Part shown: piece by piece, positions 11,801 to 23,800 of the stretch
Layout of the letters: each line of letters begins with the position of its first letter
Position numbering within the stretch: the first letter of the stretch is position 1
From: Phoronis australis
Taxonomy: Eukaryota > Animalia > Phoronida
Assembly (NCBI GenBank): GCA_002633005.1
Contig: NMRA01000150.1
Coordinates: forward strand, 264,434 to 328,433
Direction of reading: 5' to 3'
DNA length: 64,000 bases
Translations under genes and position numbers: made by a program
The notes under the pieces: generated by a model
The model's database searches: none
What the model saw: the letters and a program-made list of their open reading frames with translations, nothing else
What the model was told of the DNA's origin: nothing

Positions 11801-14800
11801 TTTCAACTTTTCTTCAAAGATCGCTTTTTGTGTTCACATTTTTGACATCTACAGTCGTTTTTCGTGCTTTTCAGGGTTCAAAAATAATTACAATTTCTTG
11901 TATCGTTGTTTAACTAAATTTTACTTGGGCTGGCTACGTATAAGGTCCAGACAGCACACTTAACGCCATGCAATGAAAAGTACTTTATTTCGTTTGACAT
12001 GTACCCAGCAGCTCCAACAAAGCCATTATCCCTTCTAAGTGTCTTTAGAAAGTTGATAATACTGTAGGAATCAAGGGAAATGCTTGATTTTTAGAGGAAA
12101 AAACAGAAAAAATTTCCGACCTCCCCCCATTCGGTGCTAAGCGCAAATGGTTACGGACAAAATGTTGGGCCCCCCTTGTGATATCCTAGATCCGCCACTG
12201 AGTTTAGCTTGAAGGTTTACTTGGTCCGGTTTGTCAAGGGCCGGACCGAGTGCGCTGTGAGGTGCTCAAACTAGCAGAATCACAAGACATTTCGCTTTTT
12301 GTCCAAAGAATGCTTCTTTTGTTTAAATTTTCGACATCTAGAATCGTTTTTTGTGCTTTTCACTGTTCAAAAACCATTACATTTTATTGTGTTGTACTGT
12401 GATTGAAGTACCAACTCCCATCACGAGCAGCTAGGGAGGACATAAGACATTTCCGTCAACTTCCCATTTTATAAGGTTGGACAATTAACATGGAAAGACT
12501 CTCTCTAAGTCACGGATGCATTCGCAGTTCCGGTTTGAACGGAAATGGAATTATATCGCTTAAAGAATAAGGAATGTTAGGAGACCGATTTTAGTGAGCA
12601 TGAAAACCAAACTCCATTTTCTGCAGTCATTTGGACACTTCAGTTTAAAAGATTGTCGGGACCCGGCCCGATAAAACTATACTCAAGAAAACAGACAAAG
12701 TAATAATACACATGTTAACTGCCGATTGCGAATCAAAGTACACACAGTTCAACAATGAAATCGCACAGCAATGACCTGTGAGAAAATGTAATGCAAGGTA
12801 CCGATTAGAGGCCAATAATAATAAGAAGAAGAAGCATAGGACGATCGTACCCCGTCGCTTTTTGTTTGAATTTAGATTGCGACGTCCTGGACATAAAACC
12901 AAAATGATGGCGACGTCTTATCAAAGTCGGAAATCTAAAAAAAATTGAAAGAACTCATGAAATATTTCGATTCCGCGAGTTTGATGACGTCAAAGCGCAC
13001 TCCGTCCAGCCGTTAGACCAGACCAAGTAAACCTGCAAGAAGACTAAGTATGATGTCTGGATCTCCTGCGGTAGCCAACCCAAGTAAAACTTAGAAAGGA
13101 TTTTTATACTTTATGTTGAGAGGCTAAAAGCGTCTGACTATTTTCTGTGGAATAGGCATGAAGTTGTCAACGACCAGTAATTACATATGTAGACGAAAAT
13201 TTTGCCACTGAGAGTTTTCAAAACATATCGTTAGACCGTTGCCGCAAGGTTGCTCAACACTCAGCCAAGAGAGATAAAAGAAAACGTATTTTGAAAAGTG
13301 AAAAGCACGATGAATGATTCTAGATAACAAAAATTTGAACAGCAGAAGTATACTTTGGACAAAAAGTGAAATATCTTATGAAATATTCTGATTCTGCCAG
13401 TTTGATGAGGTCCGTCAAAGCACACTTGGGTCCGGGCCGCGAATGGCGAGACCGAACCAATAAGTAAATCTGCAATCAAAAAGACAGTGTACTGAACTGT
13501 AAAAATGGTTGATAACTTTCTTAAGATACATAGATGAGGTAACGGCTTTGTTGGAGCTGCTTGGTACATGTCAATGTAACTAATTATTTTTCATTGGCGT
13601 CAAGTATGCTGTCTGGACTTCGTGGTAGCCATGCCTCAGTGCGCCGGCACTCGGTCGATCAGGCCAGTGACGGGACCCGAACAAGTTCTGCAAACAAAAA
13701 TGCAGTGTATGGAGCTGAAAAAATTGCTTAACAACCTTCTAAAGACACGTAGAAGAGGTTATAGTTTTGTTCTAAATGCTGGGTACATGTGAAATAAAAT
13801 TACTTTTCATTGCGCCAAGTATGTCCGGCGTTTCATGAACTACGTACTTGATAGCCAGTAGGCCTACAACTGTAAAACTTATAAAGAAACTTTGAGACGC
13901 TAATGGGGTGTCGGTGACTGTATTATGTGGAACGAATAAAGGTGTTAATGATCACTTATTACAAATATAGACAAAAATTTTGCCACTGATCAAAAACATC
14001 GGTAGTTGCATGCCTCAAAGATTAGCTGGCCAGCGAGCCCCGGCGGCCGGGTGCCCGGCACTCGCGAAACCAAATGAATGACACGAGAAAACGTAATGGT
14101 GAAAAGCAGGAAAAACGACTACAAAAAAACGAGGTTGTCGGAACAGAAGAAGGGCCATTGAAGAAAAAGTCAAAGAACCTATGAAATATTTCTATTCTTC
14201 GAGTTCGCGACGTTTAGTCTACGCACCGAGCGCACTCGGGCCGGCCTGTGAAGAGACCGGACCAATTAGTAAACCTGCAAGCAAAACTACAGCATGTTCA
14301 GCCGTAAAATCTGGTTGATAACTCTCTATGGCTGAAAAGCAGATGCAAACAGTGAAATTTTATGTGAAATCTAAGTGTTTGATTTGTCTGCGTTGTACCT
14401 TTTTGGCTCCAGTTCGCCCCCTCAGTAACTTAATTACTCTATTATCAGTTGTTCAAAGGATTAAAATAAAGATTTTTGTCGACCACATATATTTTTACAC
14501 CATATGGGTTACTCAAATGATAAAAAGCCCATAAAAATGAAATTTGGTTTAGAAAAGTTGCATTTGTCAGACCTGTTCACTATAACACTATGGTAAACAT
14601 TCAGATATCAACGGTACATTGTCACTTGGTCGGAGGTATCCGCTACTTCAGTTGTCTGCGAGGTCCGACTGTGTAAGCCGACCAAGTTAACTTGGTCGGG
14701 TGGCCTACTTGGTCTGCCGCTACTGAAGTGAGCTTTGATCGTTAAAGTCATATGATCCGTTTCGAAAAACCGTAAATCTGCATAAAAAATCCTTGAAACA

Positions 14801-17800
14801 TATTCTCTGATACTTAATTTTAACTTTTGTCAGTTAAGAGGTCGATCTACCAGTATTGCAGTGTTAGTTTTTATTTTAAAATCTGCGCAATCAAAACAAA
14901 CGAATGGTACCCATTAATGTTGTCGGTGCGGTTTGACCTTTTGGAAACGACACTGTTCCACTGCTACGAAAGGTGTTCACGCACTACAGTACTGTTGTAC
15001 CAAGGAGTGTACTAGACTCCTTGGTTGTAGTATACCACCTGATAGGAAATCCCCAGATGCAAGAAGTGTCACGTGATGCTTCGACAAGATGGCGACGCAA
15101 TTTAATTTCAGCAAGGAGACTCCCCCTGATTCAATGTTTACAGATATTCAGACTTTGAACAAGTTCAAAGATGAGGTTGGATTTTTTTTAAAAACAGTAC
15201 ATTTTAGTCGATTGAGTGAATGGGATCATTCTTTCAGTCGAGGGTGAGACAGCGAGTCAGTTCTTTAGTGAAAATCACCTAGTCCAAGTTTCGAACCACG
15301 GAGTCATACCTCTTGTTCGAGTCTTGTTGGCAGGCGTCTTAACCAGTCGACCAAAGAGCAATTGCCCTTAGGCGAGTGATTGAGAGAGGCATTTATATTA
15401 CTGCGCCCAATGCAGATTCACTGCAGTTCCGGACCACAGGCCATTCATGACAAAATGGTGTATTGTATTACTCTGGCTCTGACATATAGTCACATATATC
15501 GTCCGGTTACCTATTTTCGTCAGGCTCCAAAGTTCGTCCGCCATCTTGTTTCGCGTGCAGCGCAACCACGCGGGACTTAGCGTTCCAATTTGGAGTTCTC
15601 GTCTGCACGTTAGGTACTAAATTATCGGAAGAGACACGTATCAAAGTAATGAGACAAAAATCGGTGAGTTTACCGATTGTTTTTTAAAACCACTTAAAAA
15701 TCAGTAGATTTTACTAATACACTTTTTTGTGCGTTTTCAGAAGATGTTTTCGAATTTAAATTTTCTTCCGACGGGACACAAAACATGATCCAGGGTTTGT
15801 TTATGCAATGTATCTGTTTTTCCCAGGCACTAGTAGGATCTAGAAGGCCAAAGGAAAAATCCGCAGACAAATGCGATACGCTGGGTTCTTAACATTTTTG
15901 CCTCACGTTCACCATTAAACTGCATTGAAATGTTGTCCAATTGGCTTTTATTGGAAACCACAGTGCAGAGCTCAACATCAAAACTTCAAATCGAGTTTAT
16001 GTCAATAAAAACAGGCTGTTGCAATTTTCATTACTTCGTTGGCCTTTTTCTGCATGTTTCTCAGTTTTTACAAAAGGGGGCAGCATATGACGAACTTAGG
16101 TGTCACAATAAAATGGCTGCCGAAGGCAGTGCACATTTGAAATAACTCGGCACAAATTAAAGAAAACTTCCGAATCGATGAATGCGGTATATCTGTGAGA
16201 GTTAAATCGAATCCTATTCAGATCATAACTTTGAAGTGGAATAATTCGGTGAGTACAACAGCAAGTCGGTTTTATGCTTAGGCGGACGAACATTGGGCTC
16301 CCCAGTATACTCAGAATTTTCTTATCAAATATGCACATGTAGAAAATTTCAGTGTCTCCGGTGGGACTTGAACCCATGTTGCACGAGTGAAAGTCAAGCA
16401 TCTTAACCATTTGGCCAAGAGGCAATTGCTGCTTGGTAAGCGACTTAGAGAGGCTTTATCTGACTTAGCTTTGGCGCAAAGCTGTATACTAAATATTTAT
16501 ACAGCTTTGCACCGATGCATGTAAAAAAGTGGTAAGATAAATTCTGACAAAAAATTAGTGTCATTAAAAATTACTGTCTTCCTGAGTAAACTAAATTATT
16601 TAACGGTGTTGTAAAAAATGGCGTTCTACCGATATTCTGCGGCTAAAGTTGTGGAGCGATCTTTAGCGACGGCTTTCGGCGTCATGAAATATTGTGTCAC
16701 CTATTAGCCAGTTTGTTTTTTCGCTAATTCTTCAATCAACTGCTGTTCTTTCATGAGGTTGCGTACACGTCACAACAAATTATCGGAACTGGCAACACCC
16801 TAGCGTCTTAGAATTTGAAAAGGGCTTTACATATCAGTTGGTGCAAGCCCAATCTCAATAGGCAACTGACACACCACAGGTTGTCATTGTTGGTCTAGTT
16901 CATTGTCACTCCCTGTAACTGACTGTATCTGTGCTTCATTACTTGTTGCTGGGCCTAGCTGGGTGGCCACTTTATTATGACTTCTGAGGATGGTGTGTAA
17001 TAAATGACACTGAAATATGTCAAGTTTTAAAACCGTTGTTGTTTTCGTGAACATATGCTGTTACTTGCTATCATGGAGAACTGGAGAGTATTTGGTATGG
17101 CAAAACATAAAAGTAGCACATTTCCCTTATGTGGAAAATGTGATGTTCGAGCTCAAGTGACTTTAAGCAACTTCAAGCTACTGACTTAGAAATTCAAAAC
17201 AATTAAGTTTATGCCATGCTGACTCAATTTACAACATCTAAGAAGGTGGAGAAGGTTGTCCATTTCAATGAGACCAGTTGGATCCATTTCAATGAGACCA
17301 TCTGGGTCCATTTCACATGTTACCAAATGAACATGTCTCTTGTGTCTGTTTTGTGTTACGGATTTTAGGTACATTGTATTGTTAGTTTCTTTTGCTCTTA
17401 ATCTTTTTGTTCATTTCAGCAATTCACAGAATTGACCGTTATTGTGTTGGCGTTTCTAATGGAGCCAAGCAAGGTAAGCCATGTAGAGTGATTTTCTTAA
17501 TCCTCATATCCCAGTAAGGGGAAGAGTTTTGCTCACTTGTGAGAATCTGTGTAAGGAAATGGAACTTTTTAATTTACGGTGTTCACTCTAATAACTGCCC
17601 ATGCCTTTAGCGCCCCCCATGCGTTTTCGGACTGCTGAAATAAGCGCCCAGTCCACGAACGTATACATGGCGAAAAATGCCTTACCTACAGCGCTAAAAT
17701 TCCACAGTAACGTCTTTAATTTTCATCAATATCTGGCAGTCCTGAAAAAATCATTGTGCGCGGAGTTTCTAGACTACCAGCCTCGCCGCTATGTGTCAGT

Positions 17801-20800
17801 ATTTAGTCGTGATTATAGACTTCAAACTTCCACTGTGCTCTAAAAAGAATGCAAGTTTTGCTGATCTTGCAAGAGCGTACCCCACTATGGTCTGGCCTTT
17901 AGAACAGACGTAGCCTACGTGTCAACGGGATTGATTCTTTTCCATAGAGACTCCATATCTTCTCTCTCAACACAGTGAGGGATCTAGGATACCATAAGGG
18001 GGGTCCAACATCCTCGGGGTAGTGGGCAAAGTGCGATTGTATGTGCACAGGCGGCCCAAAAGTTCCGGGGGCCTAGTACATGTATGTACACCTTCTGTTC
18101 ACAAAATCTAAAAAAAACAAAAAACGACAACGTATTTCCGCGTCGGAGCCCCTCCCCTTTCGTCCGCTACCAGTCCTAGCTCCTGAACTCAATATTTCCT
18201 CACATTGTTGCTGTTGTTGTTTAATTTTGCTTGCGGCAGCCAAGGGGGGGCCCCCAAATTCGCCTATGCAACAGGATTCCAAATTTCTTTGTTCAAGTTA
18301 AAATCGTGAATTGAAGACAAAATTTGATGTCAGAAGCACGTGGCCAGGAAGCGCACGTGACACACCTGTCGTTGCAGACAAGAGACATTAATCTTTGGGA
18401 CCAATCTATTCACAACGGGTAGCATAGCATCGGCAAGAACTAAATATTGGCACTAATTTCCGACAGTTTCTAATACCATAAAGAACTTTTTTGCTTTATT
18501 TTTAAGGGGATTGTTTAATTAACCATAATTGGTGTTTTACCGGTAATTATAAAAGCCAAATATCCGATAAAATGAACACTCACAGTGAATGCTAACACAC
18601 CCTTACACCCAAAAAATAACTGTCAGACAGTCATGTACGCATCCAGCGACACGGCGACTAATATGGGCCTTACCGAGACAATTGTCAAACGTTTTTTGGC
18701 AGATGAGAGCGGCAAGTGCTGAATGAAACGCGTTCTGGTTTACTGATGGGCAAATTTCTTTAGATACCATGCACATCTAGCTCTAGGCAATTACATCGCC
18801 CTCGATGACGCAGGCATACAGGGGCGATAACACATCCCTACAAAAAGTTACTCATTTCAAAATACAGCAAATAAAATCAAATGAACCATACAAATAGGAA
18901 CACGAGGTTATAATTAACACATACCACTAGTCTGGAGACGATTCATTTAAGATAATTTGAACAAATCGATGAAAATCTGTCACGGTTTGCTCGAGTTTCT
19001 CTTACCGGGTGCCATTTTGAAGAAGTTACGTGAAATCATGCATGTTGACGAATAAAAAGTCCAAGGGACATAAATCTTAAAAATTTCACCTAATACCTTC
19101 ATGTACTATTTTGCAAGTGTCACACGCTTGCGTCACGCTCTTAGCTCAGTCTCGCTTTTTTAACTGATAGTTTTAAGTGTGGAATGTATTTTTGACGAGG
19201 TGAAAACACCCATTTAAAATACATGTAATGAAATGCGTACAGAAAGCGAATGGAAGTGCTGTATCCCCTAAATGGCCAACCGAGGGGCTACGTGTTGCCT
19301 AATCTAGCTCTTTATATTGCGTTTCCTCTGGCTGGCTGATGAACTGTGCTGACACGCATGCGCTCGCTTACACAATGACGCAGAGTAACTTCAAAACAAA
19401 CGTCACGTGACAGCAACGTGTGTGTTCATCCAGAGATTTTTCTCGTGTTGCGGGTAGGCCTGCGATCATATGTGGCACGACCTAGCAAAGATTTGGGCTT
19501 AACCTGCCGACTCACTAGGAATTTAAAAATCTTAAGGACGCTGTTTGGAAAACTTAAGGAAGATTTCAGGTAATTGGCTTGAGTCGAAACTATTTTTATT
19601 CAAGTTGCTGTATAGATGATTACGATGCAGCCAGTCGGCGAGTTTACGCCCTGAGGATTTCAGCACAATTTTCTGTAAAATGACCGTAATTTAACAACTA
19701 ATGTTTAATAGCAATGCACCACAATTTTGGGGAAAGGCAGTCATAGGTTACAGATATGTCACAGAGCGTAAATATGATGAATCTTAGCTTCCGATTTCAC
19801 CCGTTTCGGAGACCAGGTTTGAACTGCCTCGGGTTACAATAAGCTTCCCCCCCTGAACCAAACTTTTTCTAAGGGCCCTGGGCAGTTATTATGGCGAATA
19901 CTTTGACTCTGTGGTTTAACTTTGACACTTGGCTTGTCTTCAGGCTCAGCAAACTGTCGGCGAAAATCTCAAACACATTGTATGTTGAAAGAGTTCCGCA
20001 AGGTAATTTCAAGAGACTCACCCGAGGCCTTCTCTGCCTCCTCTTCCGACAAGCTACACTCAATGTTAGTGTCCAAATTGCCGAGAGCAATAAGCGTGGT
20101 TTCCAACGTGGGAACTACTGACTTTGGTGACTTCCGTAATTGACGGTTCCTCCAAGTCCAGAATGTAACTTGTGTTACTAAAAGTTCTCGAGAATAGACG
20201 ACATTTAACAGTCCATTCTTTCTTCCAATCTTCCATTGTGAACGGGTCACGGCACCAATGTGGAAATTATAGCGAGAGATAAAAACAACACAACCATTGA
20301 AGTCAATAAGTACTACGAGACTGTATTCGGGGAAGACAAATACAAGAACAGGAGTGAGGTCAAAGATTAATCCACAGTCTGTATCTTCGGAGGTCCTCAA
20401 CGGATTTTCATGAAATTTTGCAGTTAGGCATCTATTAATGTGCTGATGCTATCCACCTTTTTCGGATGGATTCGAGGTATTTTGTGCCACCTGGTGGCCA
20501 TATTTACTGTTTTCGAGTCTGTTTGTGGCATTCGCCCCTTTGTCAACCAAACCACTCTAAGTAAGATTGTGAAAATTGGCATATTTGTTATTACAGTGAA
20601 GAAGATGGTTGACGATGATTTTCGAATACTGTGGTACCTCCTAATGGCTGTATCCTAGTTGTTCTACAGGATCTTTATTAAGTTTGAGCAAATATACCTA
20701 TATGAAGTTGACAACGAAAAACGATGACTTTCGGACAGATCGGACTGCCGGTGTGCCCCCTAGTGGCAACTTTATTTTTTATGTTTACCCCTGTATCATC

Positions 20801-23800
20801 AAAGGTACTCAACGAATTTTTATAGAATTTAGCGGTTTTGTTTTTTTGTGCCCATGAAATTTGGTGAATAGCTTTCTATTAAAAAAGTGATGGCATGTTC
20901 CCATTTTCGGATGGATTGTGGCCATTTTTATGATGCAAATAAACAACCCTAGAAGCACTCCGTTTGCGTTGCATTCATGGGTGCATTTCAACGATCTGCG
21001 TTGCTCTTGTTTTGTCTTGTTTAATGAACGTCTGCTATCTCTTAAACACTGATCTCTAATGGAGGTGTGGAGCACTGTGGAAATTGATTAATGGTGAATG
21101 TTCTGTTGGCAAGGTTATGACACCCTCACTGCTATAATCACAGATCTGCACCTGTATGAAGGAGTTAATTTCACAGTTCTATTGAAACATGACCATTTAC
21201 ATCTTAAGGGAATTAGTTTTTCAGTCTGGCCTGTTGTAAAAGAACACAGAAGTCACTTAATATCAACCAGCATGTTGCTTTTCACCATGTGTCAATCATT
21301 CCAGGCAGCCCGCCTTCTTACACAGTTGGATGAGTTTGCTGAGAAGCATGGTGTTAGTGGGAGTGGCCTGAAGAATGTCATCAAGAGTTTGATAGCTGTC
21401 CCTAGCAGTGAGTACTTCTTGTTACCATGGCAATGGTTCTGCTTGAGACTGGCTAGACGTCCAGATTCAAGCTACAAACTTGAGTAAAAACTTGGAATGG
21501 GCTGAAACATATAGCTTTCATTCTGTGATCATTAAGTGCGAACTAGGAATGGATAACAATCAATCTAAACCATGGTGCACTCCATGTTGGATATATTTCT
21601 CGAGTTCGAACAACAATGAAAAATGATTTAAGGTTTGATTTTGAGTACAAAGATTTTACCCCAGACTTTGGTCAGCACTATGTCTTGGCTGTGAGAGATC
21701 CCAGGGCCTGTTCAGCTCCAGTACTATGTCTTGGCTGTGAGAGACCAGCTCCAGCACTATGTCTTGGCTGTGAGAGACCAGCTTCAGCACTATGTCTTGG
21801 CTGTGAGAGACCAGCTCCAGCACTATGTCTTGGCTGTGAGAGACTCCAGGGCCCGGTCAGCTCAGGCATGAAAAAATCCATGGGTCATTCACTGTAGCCT
21901 GTGTGGTGTTGATAGCTATTTCATGCATTAGGCATATCTAATGGGACGGAATGGTATATTTCTCTGTCATTCAACTCATTTAAGATCATGTAGGACCAAA
22001 ATGTCCAAATTTTTCCAACTTAGGAACGTCATATCTCGGAAATCACAAATTCATATGAAACATTTATTTACTACACCTTATTCATTTTTCTCTAAAGCAA
22101 TATTAGGATTTACTTTTAAATGATCCACCTTTATATGAGGAGATATTCAAACTAGAACATTTGCATCAGGGCTTGGAATTTTCCTCTTTTAAGAGGATTT
22201 CCTCTTTTTGATTACGATTTCCTCTTTCTTTGATTCCCTAGTTTCCTTTTTTCGTCTCTTATATCCTTATTTTGACTTTATTCATGCAAAAACGTTTATT
22301 TCAGTACAATTTCAAAAACTACAGGTAAGGTATCTGTATCATACAATCCTTTGGAAAGTTTTCCTCTTTTTTGTCATTGGTCTTTCAGAGCCCTGTTGCT
22401 TATAATGGAAAAGAAACACTTACACAGTAATAGAATTTTTAATATTGAACACAGATATCGAATAAGACTTGGTCATGTGACTAAACCTATAGTTTTGTTA
22501 TCCATGTGACTTTGTCGTATTTTACTAAGAAGACATAGTCATGCAACCCCATTAATAGCAGATTGATAAAAAGTCAAAAAATAAATTGTATGGGCTTTTC
22601 TAAACAAATACACTGTCTTGTTAATGAGTTGCTATATGTCAACTGTAATTAGGATACATTGGTGTGGTTAGTTTATTTAGTTGCTGCTTTGTTTAATATA
22701 ACTGATCACTACTTTTCATACAATGTACACATAACACGTGTCACATAATTTGGTGTATTGTGTGTTTTCAGGTGCAATGCAGCGCAGTTTGTCAAGTTCA
22801 CAGATAAAGGAGGACTTAGTCAATCTAGGTAAGAACTTGTAGTGAGGCACTAGATGTTACTATTGGCAAATGTACAGATCAAGTAGGCAGTGACTTGTAT
22901 ACTAAACAATGTAGCCCAGTGTGAACAGGGGAGGAATTCAGAGTGTTTGCTCCTCCACAGGCCTTTATCCAGGATTTCGAAAATAGGGTGTCCAAAATGG
23001 GGTTCCCAATATTCCAGGGCATCCATGATTCTGACGTGTAACCCCCCACACCCAGCAATCCCCCCAAACACACAGATTTTTTTACACAAAATGCATAGAC
23101 CAAGGTTTTTGCATCTAAGTTTACGAAACAGCCTTCTGTAGTGAGCATTTTCACTAAAAAAATGTAGACTAAGACTTTTACAATGCTATCAACCAAGTGT
23201 GAGCATAGCAACATTGTATATACTTTGTATACATTGTATATTTCTTCCTGCTTTGAAAAACAAGCCCCCACTGTGAGCCTTCAGAGGCTTCCTAGTATTA
23301 ATTACAATGTGCGAGTCCAAACTTGAAAGGTTCCTATTGACAGTGGGCGTCCAAATGATACATTGGGCATCCTTGTCAGGACCTCCATATTAGTGGTAGG
23401 GCGTCCAAATGGACGCCCAGGACGTACGCTGCATAAAGGCCCACTCCTCCATTGCTTGTAGTTATATGCATATCAAGCTCTTATTTTACAAAGGATTACC
23501 AAAAACGTTATCAGTGTTAGAAGTGAAAGTCAAGGTCAGTATGACCATAAGAGTGTCCTATAAAGCTTACATCTGTGTTGTTCTTGTCATGTTTGTAGGT
23601 TTGTCTGAGGAAAAGGCCACTAGCTTTTGTGAACAGGTCAGTTTTATACTCCGCATCTCTTTTCTGTGCTACAAAGTTCTACTTAGCATGTGTTAAATAG
23701 TTTTAATATATTGTAACTCGGGCTGAGTTATAATGATNNNNNNNNNNNNNNNNNNNNNNNNNNNNNNNNNNNNNNNNNNNNNNNNNNNNNNNNNNNNNNN

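Larger units (their letters stand above)
9409..14717. mobile_element. Large modular foldback-type element (long inverted arms built of tandem modules)
   Basis: 9409-9479 inverted at 14650-14717; 10831-12395 inverted at ~12935-14640; internal modules repeated 2-4 times per arm; unique ~540-bp centre. Confidence 0.7.

Noticed and set aside
16353-16424. Functional tRNA-Glu gene
   Set aside because: Mismatches in the acceptor, D and anticodon stems; reported as a pseudogene/SINE head instead.
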